The notes under the pieces are model-generated. The model worked only from the letters and a program-made list of their open reading frames with translations. It made no database searches and was not told where the DNA came from. From an uncultured Planctomycetales bacterium (GTDB lineage: Bacteria > Omnitrophota > Gorgyraeia > Aquiviventales > Aquiviventaceae), in the NCBI GenBank assembly GCA_964373175.1, contig CAYJTP010000001.1:41654-105653 (forward strand): a stretch of 64,000 bases of DNA. Direction: 5' to 3'. Of this stretch, positions 36,005 to 44,881 are shown piece by piece. Position 1 is the first letter of the stretch, and each line of letters opens with the position of its first letter. The position numbers and the translations under genes were made by a program.

Positions 36005-36646
36005 CTAAGTCGGCCATGTGACAAAGTTGCGCAGAAGTTTCAGACCCGCCATCTGGCTTTTCTCTGGATGGAATTGCACAGCCCACAGATTCCGGTCATG
36101 GAGGGCGACAGCGACCGGTCCACCATAGTTGCAGGTTGCGATCACGAACTCCGGGCGGTCACTCACAAAGTGATAACTGTGTGCGAAGTACAGGACCGGT
36201 TCCGGGCCTAAACCCTGAAAGAGCCAACTCTCGGTTGTGGGGTAGACCGTATTCCATCCCATATGCGGGACACGCAACTGTCGGCTGTTATTCAACGGTC
36301 TAACCCGGCCGGGGAGCCAGCGGAGCCCCTCATGAAAGCCGTGTTCGTATCCCTCATGGGCAAGGATCTGCATGCCCAGGCAGATTCCAAGAAACGGTTT
36401 TCCCTTTTGTCGAACCTCCTCATCCAGGACATCAATCCACCCCCCAGACTTCAAGTTCTTCATGCATTCCCCAAACGCCCCGACCCCGGGTAGCACAATC
36501 CGATCGGCTGCTTCGAGATCCTCAGGCCGGTCCATCACGGTGACCTGCGCACCCACGGTCTCCAAGGCCTTTGCGACAGAACGGAGGTTCCCGGTCCCGG
36601 CATTAATGACCGCCACACTGACCCTGGAAGATGAGCGGGGATTCAT
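36005..36646 (-). CDS. HisH-like class-I glutamine amidotransferase subunit homolog (WbuX-like)
   Basis: [14 protein letters not shown], catalytic GICLGMQ (Cys), and HFHPEKS (His/Glu). Start at the ATG overlapping the upstream TGA (ATGA). Confidence 0.8.
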   Translation of the reverse strand: MNPRSSSRVSVAVINAGTGNLRSVAKALETVGAQVTVMDRPEDLEAADRIVLPGVGAFGECMKNLKSGGWIDVLDEEVRQKGKPFLGICLGMQILAHEGYEHGFHEGLRWLPGRVRPLNNSRQLRVPHMGWNTVYPTTESWLFQGLGPEPVLYFAHSYHFVSDRPEFVIATCNYGGPVAVALHDRNLWAVQFHPEKSQMAGLKLLRNFVTWPT

Positions 36647-37803
36647 TCGCGCGGCTGAGTCCGATCCCAAAGCGGTTGGTCCCAAAGAGCCGTTCCCCGC
36701 TCCGCGTTGGATGGATCGTGCTGGTAGGGGGCGACCGCATGGCCTAAGGCGATCTTCATGAACTCCTCTTCCGTAATCCCGACGGCCTTTAAGAAAAGAT
36801 CGAGGCTGGCCGGACGTTTGCCGTCGTACGCCGCCTCAAGCCGGAGCGCTTCCTCCCGTGAGGTCATCTTCCCTTCCCGCAGGTCTTTACTCACCAGATG
36901 GGCCGTCCGTCCAAACCCGCGCTTGATGAACTTCAGATAATCCCGCACCCCCTGCATGAAGCACTCGATCTTTTCATACCCGTATTCCGGCGGGACCCCC
37001 TCCACCTGTTCTTCCTTCCATCCAAGCTCTCGTTTGATGATCTCAGCTTGCGCCTTGGTCTCCCAGGGGATGTAGCTCCCCAAACAGATGGAGCGGTAAT
37101 TCAGCGCTCGTAATTCCTCGATCGGCGGGTACGCAAAGGGCTCCAGGTCCCGCATCGTGATCCCTTTCCCCAGCATCCCCAGCATATCCTCGGCGGTGAT
37201 TCCCAGGTTGACGAACCGGTTAAAGCGACGCTCGTCTACTTCTTCCTCTTCCTGATACGTGTAGTAGCTCGTATACTCAGCGCTGGGCTCTCCCCAGATG
37301 ACCAAGGGGACTTTGAACTTCACCGCAATGTGCATCGGATAGGCGAAGATCCCGGTATGGCAGTGCCAGCAGAAGTCCCCCTTGCGGATCAGCGCCTCCA
37401 GCATGAGCCGTCGGACAACCTGCCAGTTTGGACGAAACTTCAAGTAGTCGACCCCCAACGTCTTCATGGTCCGCTCAGTATTCGCCAGCACGGTTGGACG
37501 CATAAAGCCGTGATCGAAGGTGACCACCAGCGGCTTGAGATGGTAGCGCACCACCACGGTGTAGAGGGTAAACGTGCTGTCCTTGCCACCAGAAAACGGC
37601 ACAAGACAGTCATAAGGGTGCTTGTCGCGGTAGTGATCGAGGATCGCGATCAGCTCCTTCTCCTTCTGCTGCCAATCGATGTGCTTCTGTTTGTACTCAA
37701 TCTGGCGGCAGACGTTGCAAACGCCCTCCCCATCAAACACGATCGTCTCCTGGGTTTCCGGCAGCACACAACGGCTGCACCGTTTGAGCTCGGTCATCGG
37801 CAT
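36643..37803 (-). CDS. N-acetyl sugar amidotransferase, PP-loop ATP pyrophosphatase family (PseA/WbuZ-like)
   Basis: 386 aa. N-terminal Cys4 (CSRCVLP...CNVC), then PP-loop LVPFSGGKDST. This family pairs with HisH/HisF-like proteins for acetamidino-sugar formation. Confidence 0.8.
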   Translation of the reverse strand: MPMTELKRCSRCVLPETQETIVFDGEGVCNVCRQIEYKQKHIDWQQKEKELIAILDHYRDKHPYDCLVPFSGGKDSTFTLYTVVVRYHLKPLVVTFDHGFMRPTVLANTERTMKTLGVDYLKFRPNWQVVRRLMLEALIRKGDFCWHCHTGIFAYPMHIAVKFKVPLVIWGEPSAEYTSYYTYQEEEEVDERRFNRFVNLGITAEDMLGMLGKGITMRDLEPFAYPPIEELRALNYRSICLGSYIPWETKAQAEIIKRELGWKEEQVEGVPPEYGYEKIECFMQGVRDYLKFIKRGFGRTAHLVSKDLREGKMTSREEALRLEAAYDGKRPASLDLFLKAVGITEEEFMKIALGHAVAPYQHDPSNAERGTALWDQPLWDRTQPRE

Positions 37804-38834
37804 ACCTCAGATGGAGCCACGCTGGGAACAGCTCCGGCTGCGCAGGCCACTTCCCGGCCAAGACGGGCTGACGCGTGGGCCGCGACGACCACTTCAAGGA
37901 CCCGAAGGGCGTCCTCTCCAGACACGCGGGGGACGGCTTCTCCCTTGAGACAGCTCAGGAATTCCTTGAGCTCCTCCAGATACAGCACGTTTGGATCGAG
38001 AGGGGTCGGGATCGTCTCCCAGCAGCGCGTGTCGGCCCGGTACCATCGCAGGCCCTCCAGATAGTCCCAGATGAGCGTGCCCTCTGTGCCGATGACTTTG
38101 CAGGTCCGCGTGTAGGCCCGTTGGGCGCAGTCCAGGTGGAGGCTCGCGCGCCAGCCATTGCTCAACGACAGCCAGAGCAGCGCAAGATCCTCCGCATCCA
38201 TTTGTAAATCGCTCAGATGTGCGGTCAGCGCGGTGACCGTTTCCACCTCGCCCGCAAGCCAGCGCACATAATCAATTTCATGGGAGGCGTCGAGCAGTAT
38301 GCCCCCTCCCAATGCCGCGTGAGCCGTATAACTTTCCTCGTAGTGTTGAGCGGGACGCCAGTCAGGAAGGTACTGGCCGAACTCGGCCTGGATGAACAAC
38401 ACGCGACCCACCCGGCCTTCATCGACCCAAGCCTTGAGGCGCTGGAGACCAGGATGGAACCGGAGCTGATACCCGACCTGAATCACCCGAGAACTCAGGC
38501 GGGCCATGGCGCACAGATCGGCCACGCCCTCGAGCGTGTGAGAGATCGGCTTTTCAATGAACACGTGAGCCCCATGCTGGATGGCTTGCCGAGCAGGCTC
38601 CACGTGAAGAGCAGGAGGCGTGCAAATCAACACCCCTTGGGGCAGACGATCGAACCCCTCCGCGATGCTGCAACAAGGCACGACGCCCAACTCACGAACC
38701 ACCCCGTTGAGCCGATCCGGCAGAGGATCATAGGCAAACAATTCCTTGATCCCTAAGGTCCGGAGGTTGAGAAGATGTCGCCGGCCGATGGAGCCGCATC
38801 CTAAGACGAAGAGTCGTGGGGGGCTATTGACCAT
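37794..38834 (-). CDS. Gfo/Idh/MocA-family oxidoreductase
   Basis: RLFVLGCGSIGRRHL N-terminus, EKPIS motif. Start ATG at 38834 (alternative at 38840). The track ORF is longer. Confidence 0.8.
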   Translation of the reverse strand: MVNSPPRLFVLGCGSIGRRHLLNLRTLGIKELFAYDPLPDRLNGVVRELGVVPCCSIAEGFDRLPQGVLICTPPALHVEPARQAIQHGAHVFIEKPISHTLEGVADLCAMARLSSRVIQVGYQLRFHPGLQRLKAWVDEGRVGRVLFIQAEFGQYLPDWRPAQHYEESYTAHAALGGGILLDASHEIDYVRWLAGEVETVTALTAHLSDLQMDAEDLALLWLSLSNGWRASLHLDCAQRAYTRTCKVIGTEGTLIWDYLEGLRWYRADTRCWETIPTPLDPNVLYLEELKEFLSCLKGEAVPRVSGEDALRVLEVVVAAHASARLGREVACAAGAVPSVAPSEVCR

Positions 38835-40023
38835 ACGCATCCAGCACCTTGGTGACCGCTTCGATGCAATCTTCCACGTCCGCATCAGTCATGCTGTGAA
38901 ACAGCGGCAAGCTGATCAGGCGACGATAGGCCTCCTCGGCCACGGGGTATTCCCCTCCTCGGTAACCAAACCGGTGCCGATAGTACGGGTGCAGATGGAC
39001 CGGGATGTAGTGGACATTGACCCCCAGGCCTTCGGCCCGCAGCGCTTTGAAGATCTCCGCCCTCTCCACGTGCAGCTTCGACAAGTCCAGTTGAACAGGG
39101 TACAGATGCCACGCCGGTGTGGCATCGGGTCGCACCACCGGTGGCATCACCCCTCCCAGGTCCTTGAAGACCCTGGTATAGCGCATCGCAATCTGCTGAC
39201 GGCGCTCCAGATTTCGATCAAGCCGCTTGAGTTGGGATAACCCCAGCGCACATCCGATATCTGAGAGGCGATAGTTATACCCCAACGCGACCATCTCATA
39301 GTACCAGTCACCGCCCGCTTCACGCTCGTGGACGTCGTGCTCGATCCCCTGGTTGCGGAAGATGCGCAGTTGACGGGCAAATTCCGCGTTGTCCGTCGTC
39401 ACCATGCCCCCCTCTCCCGTCGTGATATGCTTCACGGGATGAAAACTGAAGACGGTCATATGGCTGACCGACCCGACCCGGCGACCTCGAAGCTCTGCGC
39501 CCAGCGCATGACAGGCATCCTCAATCACGACCAGTCCCTGTCGTTCGGCCAACGCGACGAGCGCATCGAGATCGGCCGGATGCCCCGCGTAGTCCACCGG
39601 GAGGATGGCTTTTGTCCTGGCTGTGACCGCCTGCGCGACACGGTTCGGATCAAGGTTCAACGTATCGGGGCAGACGTCGCAGAACACGGGCAACGCCCCT
39701 TGGTACAACAGGGCATTGGCCGTCGCGCAGAACGTCAGCGGGGTGGTCACCCCTTCATCCCCAGGCCCCAACCCAGCCGCAAAGACCGCTCCATGAAGCG
39801 CGGCAGTGCCGGAAGAGAAGGCCACAGCGTAACGACTCCCGACACGAGCCGCGAGGGCCGCTTCGAACTGCTCGACGACCGGACCGGTCGTCAACCAGTC
39901 CGACCGCAGGACTTCCAGGACCCCCTGGAGATCCTCCTCGAGCACCTCATGGTGCCCATACGGCAACCGTCTCTGGCGGACCGGTTGTCCCCCGTCGACC
40001 GCCAAGGTAGGTAGCGCCTTCAT
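38824..40023 (-). CDS. pseC: DegT-family aminotransferase (PseC-like UDP-4-amino-4,6-dideoxy-N-acetyl-beta-L-altrosamine transaminase)
   Basis: VLEEDLQGVLEVLRSDWLTTGP..., and FSFHPVKHITTGEGG (PLP lysine). Immediately downstream of the PseB-like gene. ATG at 40023; the preceding GTG at 40026 is used by the track. Confidence 0.8.
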   Translation of the reverse strand: MKALPTLAVDGGQPVRQRRLPYGHHEVLEEDLQGVLEVLRSDWLTTGPVVEQFEAALAARVGSRYAVAFSSGTAALHGAVFAAGLGPGDEGVTTPLTFCATANALLYQGALPVFCDVCPDTLNLDPNRVAQAVTARTKAILPVDYAGHPADLDALVALAERQGLVVIEDACHALGAELRGRRVGSVSHMTVFSFHPVKHITTGEGGMVTTDNAEFARQLRIFRNQGIEHDVHEREAGGDWYYEMVALGYNYRLSDIGCALGLSQLKRLDRNLERRQQIAMRYTRVFKDLGGVMPPVVRPDATPAWHLYPVQLDLSKLHVERAEIFKALRAEGLGVNVHYIPVHLHPYYRHRFGYRGGEYPVAEEAYRRLISLPLFHSMTDADVEDCIEAVTKVLDAYGQ

Positions 40024-40033
40024 CACCGGGGAC

Positions 40034-41014
40034 TCACCTCGAAAACTGCCCGATCATCTGATGCAACCGCTCCCCGCTCAGCCAATCCGTATTGGTGTTG
40101 CTAGCGTAGCGGGTGCCGGGCTTCATCGGCCGGCCTCCCGACCAGCTCTGTCCGTCCCACCAAGGATGAGCGGGCTGGATGATGTACATATCATCAAATT
40201 CGAGGGCCTGGGCGACTTCGTCCTCGGAAATGAGCACCTCATGGAGTTTCTCTCCTGGCCGGATGCCAATGAGCTCCACTTGAGCGTCCGGTGCAATGGC
40301 TTTCGCTAGGTCCATGATCGCCATGCTGGGAATTTTTGGCACAAACACCTCCCCGCCCTGCATCTGCTGGACACAGCGAATCACAAAGTGTACCCCTTGC
40401 TCGAGCGTGATCCAAAAGCGTGTCATCCGAGAGTCGGTAATCGGCAGCCGGCCGTTCTCGCGTTTGCCCAGGAACAGGGGGATCACGCTGCCCCGGCTGC
40501 CCACGACATTGCCATAGCGCACACAACTAAAACGCGGGCCCTCCGCACCGGAGTACGCATTGCTGTGAATACAGAGCTTCTCCGCACACAGTTTTGTCGC
40601 GCCATACAGGTTGACCGGATTGACCGCTTTATCAGAGCTGACCAGCATGACCCTCTTGACCCCCTGATCGATCGCGGCCTCCACGACGTTCCGCGAGCCC
40701 ATCACATTGGTCATGATCGCTTCGATGGGATTGTACTCACAGGTTGGGATCTGCTTTAAGGCTGCGGCATGCACGACGATCTCGACACCGTTGAAGGCCC
40801 GTTCCAGTCGTTCCCGGTCCCTGACATCCCCGATGAAATACCGAAGACAGGGATGGTCAAAGCCGGATTGCCGCATCTCATGCTGTTTGAGCTCATCCCG
40901 ACTGAAGACGATGAGTTTCTTGGGCTGATAATCCCGCAGGACGACTTCTACGAATTTCCGCCCAAACGATCCAGTGCCACCTGTGACGAGAATCGTTCGA
41001 CCGTTAAGCTCCAT
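40034..41014 (-). CDS. pseB: UDP-N-acetylglucosamine 4,6-dehydratase (inverting), PseB/FlaA1/CapD-like
   Basis: NGRTILVTGGTGSFGRKFVE..., YGATKLCAEKL. Short SDR-like protein of the Polysacc_synt_2 type. ATG at 41014 gives the typical 7-residue lead-in before ILVTGG; ATG at 41035 is also possible. Confidence 0.85.
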   Translation of the reverse strand: MELNGRTILVTGGTGSFGRKFVEVVLRDYQPKKLIVFSRDELKQHEMRQSGFDHPCLRYFIGDVRDRERLERAFNGVEIVVHAAALKQIPTCEYNPIEAIMTNVMGSRNVVEAAIDQGVKRVMLVSSDKAVNPVNLYGATKLCAEKLCIHSNAYSGAEGPRFSCVRYGNVVGSRGSVIPLFLGKRENGRLPITDSRMTRFWITLEQGVHFVIRCVQQMQGGEVFVPKIPSMAIMDLAKAIAPDAQVELIGIRPGEKLHEVLISEDEVAQALEFDDMYIIQPAHPWWDGQSWSGGRPMKPGTRYASNTNTDWLSGERLHQMIGQFSR

Positions 41015-42323
41015 TGGACGCTCGGCTCCCTCCATCGTTTGGAATCAGTTGGACGGCCACCCTTCTGCCATCGGGATAGACCCACTCGTAAGGAACGAAG
41101 AAGGGTGCGGCGCTCCGGGCCTTGATATCCGCCTGTTCACCCCTCAAACCAAAATCGGCCAGGGGGCCCACGACATGAAATGCTGCGACCTCTTGCGATT
41201 CGAGCAAGGTACGCTTGCTGTTCGCCTGCCGAACACACATCTTCACCGTGTAGAATTGGGGGAGCAGGGGAACAGCGCGGAAACGACAACCGATCACGTC
41301 GTCCCCCTCCATGGCATTCAGAAGCTGTCCATCGAGAGTCATGTTCGCAGCAAAGATTTCACCGAATCCGCTGTTAATCGAGATCCAGACGTAGGGTTTC
41401 TCCACCCTCTGCCGCGCAAAGATGTGCACGGCAATATCGATGTCGTCTCCCGGATGAAAGATCGTCGTTGGCTGACCCTTCGCGTTCCTCAACACGACCC
41501 GCCTCACTTGGATGACTCCCAGGCCTTGGGTCGCGAGTGAACCTTCGGTGACAGCGGAAAGATACGCCGCCACCGTCTCCTCCGGGGAGCCGACGTCCCG
41601 CAGTTGTCCGCCATCCAGCCAGATCGTCCGATCACAGAGACTCTCGATGGCCCCCATGTTGTGGCTGACGAAGAGGACGGTCCGACCCTCGCTGGCGACG
41701 TTGCCCATCCTTCCCAGACACTTCTTCTGGAACGCCGCGTCTCCTACAGCCAGCACTTCATCAACCAAGAGGATCTCCGGCTCCAAGTGGGCGGCGACCG
41801 CGAAAGCCAGTCGCACGTACATGCCGCTCGAGTAATGCTTCACCGGGGTATCCAGGAACCTCTCCACCTCGGAAAAGGCGACAATCGCATCGAATTTGCG
41901 CGTGATCTCCGCTGTTCTCATCCCCAAGATGGCGCCGTTCAAGAACACGTTCTCCCGACCCGTCAATTCTGGGTGGAACCCAGTCCCCACCTCCAACAAC
42001 GACCCCACTCGCCCCCGGACCGCTGCGAATCCCTCCGTGGGTTCTGTGATGCGGGAGAGGAGTTTCAGCAACGTGGTCTTGCCTGCTCCGTTGCGGCCGA
42101 TCACCCCCATCACCTCGCCCGGCCTGACCTCGAAGGAGACATCCTTCAGGGCCCAGATCATCCCACTGTCCGAGGCTCGGGAACAGGAAGGCGATCTTCT
42201 CAAGCGTCGAAAGGGAGCGTTCCAGGCCTCCGTCAAGGTGTCTCGAAGCGTGCGGTAGCGCTCCGGCTGACCGATGCGGTAGCGCTTGCTGAGATTCTTG
42301 ACGTCGATGGCGACATGGGTCAT
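41004..42323 (-). CDS. wzt: ABC transporter ATP-binding protein Wzt (O-polysaccharide/teichoic-type exporter) with C-terminal carbohydrate-binding-like extension
   Basis: 439 aa. Walker A GRNGAGKTT, signature YSSGMYVRLAF, Walker B LLVDE, then a ~180-aa extra C-terminal beta-rich domain. Confidence 0.85.
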   Translation of the reverse strand: MTHVAIDVKNLSKRYRIGQPERYRTLRDTLTEAWNAPFRRLRRSPSCSRASDSGMIWALKDVSFEVRPGEVMGVIGRNGAGKTTLLKLLSRITEPTEGFAAVRGRVGSLLEVGTGFHPELTGRENVFLNGAILGMRTAEITRKFDAIVAFSEVERFLDTPVKHYSSGMYVRLAFAVAAHLEPEILLVDEVLAVGDAAFQKKCLGRMGNVASEGRTVLFVSHNMGAIESLCDRTIWLDGGQLRDVGSPEETVAAYLSAVTEGSLATQGLGVIQVRRVVLRNAKGQPTTIFHPGDDIDIAVHIFARQRVEKPYVWISINSGFGEIFAANMTLDGQLLNAMEGDDVIGCRFRAVPLLPQFYTVKMCVRQANSKRTLLESQEVAAFHVVGPLADFGLRGEQADIKARSAAPFFVPYEWVYPDGRRVAVQLIPNDGGSRASNGA

Positions 42324-42326
42324 GGC

Positions 42327-43214
42327 CTACACCACATCAGCAAACGTCTTCTCCATGCGACGAAAGTACACGACCCCACCTGCGAGGAGCACGGCCACCG
42401 CGAACGCCGATACGAGAACCAGTGGTCCAGGGCTTCCCGTCTTGCCCAGCAGGGCCCAACGAAATCCTTCCACGACACCGGCCATCGGATTCAGCCCATA
42501 CAGAATGCGCCAGGATTCCGGAACGAGACTGCTTGGATACGCGATCGGCGTGGCAAACAGCCAGACCTGGGCCAGAAACGGAATCGTATAGCGGACGTCC
42601 CGGTACTTCACATTCATCGCCGACAGCCAGAGACCCACGGAGAGAGCCGTGGCAATGGCCAATCCGATGAACAGGGGCGTCAACCAGATCGCCGCTGTAG
42701 GAACGATCCCGTAATAGAGCATCATGCCGATCAAGACCACGAAGGCAACGCCAAAATCCACCAACCCGGCCAGAACCGCAGCGAGGGGGATGATCAGGCG
42801 CGGAAAATAGATCTTCTTGATCAGGTGTTGGTTGGCGATCAGGCTGTTTCCCGACTCCGTGAGCGCATGGGCAAAGAGCTGCCACGGGACCAGGGCCGCG
42901 TACGCGAAAATCGGGTACGGGATTCCATCAGATGGCACCTTGGCCAATCGACCAAAAAAGATGCTGAAGACGACCATCGTGAGAAACGGCTGCAGGATGG
43001 CCCACGCCGCTCCGAGCGCCGTCTGTTTATAGCGCACCTTGATATCCCGCCAGATCAGGAAATACAACAACTCGCGGTATTCCCAGAGCTCCTTCAGCTG
43101 GAGGGAGACGAAGCCCTTGGTCGGCTGAATCACCACGACGGGGACCGGCACCGATGGCACGGAAAGGAGATCCGCCTCCGGCAACGGGTGTGCAATGTCC
43201 GTGATGTGGGACAT
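42327..43214 (-). CDS. wzm: ABC-2 type transporter permease Wzm
   Basis: 295 aa, 6 TM helices, ABC2_membrane pattern (LWEYRELLYFLIWRDIKVRYKQTALG). Confidence 0.85.
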   Translation of the reverse strand: MSHITDIAHPLPEADLLSVPSVPVPVVVIQPTKGFVSLQLKELWEYRELLYFLIWRDIKVRYKQTALGAAWAILQPFLTMVVFSIFFGRLAKVPSDGIPYPIFAYAALVPWQLFAHALTESGNSLIANQHLIKKIYFPRLIIPLAAVLAGLVDFGVAFVVLIGMMLYYGIVPTAAIWLTPLFIGLAIATALSVGLWLSAMNVKYRDVRYTIPFLAQVWLFATPIAYPSSLVPESWRILYGLNPMAGVVEGFRWALLGKTGSPGPLVLVSAFAVAVLLAGGVVYFRRMEKTFADVV

Positions 43215-44078
43215 CTACCGTGGTGGGCTCTTCGACCGCCGATTCGATCCAAGGGGCAACAGCGGTTTCTCGTCTACTCGGTTCAGACGATACCGTATGG
43301 CCTGGCTCACATACTGCCGAAACCGAATATACCACTGCTTCAGGTCAGCAGGAGCGCGATCCCCGTAGTTCAGCTGTTGGACGGAAGGCTGGGTGTGATC
43401 GATTCCCACCCCTCCTTCCGTGGTCACGGTATAGAGCAGCGACATCATGGCGCTGCCATCACAGCGTCCGAAACAGGCGTACATGGTGGGGGAGGCTACC
43501 CCAAGCAGGCGATCCTCTAGAGCCAGCCAATAGGTCCCAAACGGGGCGATCTCTGCGCGACCGGCCTGGACCACGTGACCTCGAGGGTCGAAGATTTCAT
43601 ACTGATAAGACGCCACGCGCGCATAGTCGTTCTTCGTACTGATATTCATCAGGACGAGACCGCAGGATTGGACGGTCGAATCGACAAAGTGTACGGAAAA
43701 GCCGTGGTAGCGATGGGGTCTCCCTGAATGGTTGATCGAGGAGGGAGGGGTATACACCACATGGGTAAATCCCCCGCCTCTGAGATAGTAGTGATACCGG
43801 TCTTTCTTGTAGGGCCGGTCGCTCAGGAGGATGGTTTCAACCAAGCCCTTCTGTCCGTCTCTGATGGAGGGTTGCAAGAACGCGTGATCCAGTTCAATGG
43901 AGGCAACACCCTGGAGAGGCTCCCCGTCATTCCACACGTGTTCCTTGAAGACCCGACCCTGCTCATCACGAGCCCGAAGAAGGACCATGTATCGCTGCCC
44001 TTCATCACACCGCAAGACGGTTCTCATCCCCTCATGGATCTGGAAGTTGAATGGGAGCCAATCCTTGGAAATTTCCAT
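43215..44078 (-). CDS. hypothetical protein, no recognisable family
   Basis: 287 aa, soluble, no motifs recognised. Tightly coupled (1-nt gap) to wzm. Confidence 0.5.
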   Translation of the reverse strand: MEISKDWLPFNFQIHEGMRTVLRCDEGQRYMVLLRARDEQGRVFKEHVWNDGEPLQGVASIELDHAFLQPSIRDGQKGLVETILLSDRPYKKDRYHYYLRGGGFTHVVYTPPSSINHSGRPHRYHGFSVHFVDSTVQSCGLVLMNISTKNDYARVASYQYEIFDPRGHVVQAGRAEIAPFGTYWLALEDRLLGVASPTMYACFGRCDGSAMMSLLYTVTTEGGVGIDHTQPSVQQLNYGDRAPADLKQWYIRFRQYVSQAIRYRLNRVDEKPLLPLGSNRRSKSPPR

Positions 44079-44080
44079 CC

Positions 44081-44881
44081 TTAGAGGTGGTGGAGATTAA
44101 AATCGTCTGTCGTCTGGGTCAGGAGCCACCCTTTCCCCTTCGGACCTCGGACGAAGTACAGGTAGCGCGACGACGTCTTGAATTCCACCTCAAACAGCTC
44201 GCCCAGGTCGACCCAGAGACTGGGAACGAACGCGACGTCTTGGGTCACGTACCTCCATGGGGCTGACCCTTCTTTCAGGCCGAACGTATAGGTCAACCGT
44301 GTTGGCCTGTGCCGGTACGCATCCCAAGGGGCACACACGATGGCGGTCACGCGCGCTCCGTCCTTGGGCACCCAAAAGATCCGTTCCCGCGCATAGTTAT
44401 TGCGCGAGGCACTGGAGTGCACACAATCAAGCGTCCGCCGGATACGCCTGCTCTGATAACATGCGTAAAAGATGGGTGCCAGCCGGTGATGGTCCACGCA
44501 AAAACCTGCTGGATACCCCTCACGCTCCGTCCAGGCAAAACACACACCGCGGAGATCCGACTTGTTCAGCAGGGGTTCGAGCGACAGGCACTGGCTCTGA
44601 TGGTAGGGGAGGCGGACCCGAATCAGGTGGGCCGAACCCTTATCGAGGACCATGGCGTGAAACAGCATGGGTTCCCGAAATGTCTCATCGCAGACTGCAT
44701 GGCAGTAGGTGCATAACAGATGGGTGTCAAACCCATCGGCACACAACACGGGGAGACAGGAGCTGCCTCGGGCCACGTACCGACTCACCGCCCCAAAGAG
44801 ATCGCTTCCCAGTGATTCGACCTGGATTCGATCCGCGTCGTTGAGCTCCGTTGATCGCTGCATCGAGATGGTGGTCATCTT
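44081..44881 (-). CDS. hypothetical protein (Cys/His-rich), no recognisable family
   Basis: Start at MTTISMQRS, 1 nt after the upstream stop. Contains CxxC pairs (LLCTYCHAVCDETF). The track ORF extends 46 codons further. Confidence 0.45.
   Translation of the reverse strand, partial: KMTTISMQRSTELNDADRIQVESLGSDLFGAVSRYVARGSSCLPVLCADGFDTHLLCTYCHAVCDETFREPMLFHAMVLDKGSAHLIRVRLPYHQSQCLSLEPLLNKSDLRGVCFAWTEREGYPAGFCVDHHRLAPIFYACYQSRRIRRTLDCVHSSASRNNYARERIFWVPKDGARVTAIVCAPWDAYRHRPTRLTYTFGLKEGSAPWRYVTQDVAFVPSLWVDLGELFEVEFKTSSRYLYFVRGPKGKGWLLTQTTDDFNLHHL

Noticed and set aside
41604-43520. 638-aa plus-strand ORF (the longest on that strand), plus many other plus-strand ORFs of 100-340 aa (e.g. 200..1030, 3282..4316, 30660..31622, 34263..35279, 37330..38064)
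   Set aside because: They lie antisense to well-supported minus-strand genes. They are low-complexity and Arg/His/Pro/Gly-rich with no motifs. This is the expected behaviour of the reverse frame of GC-rich, third-position-biased coding DNA.
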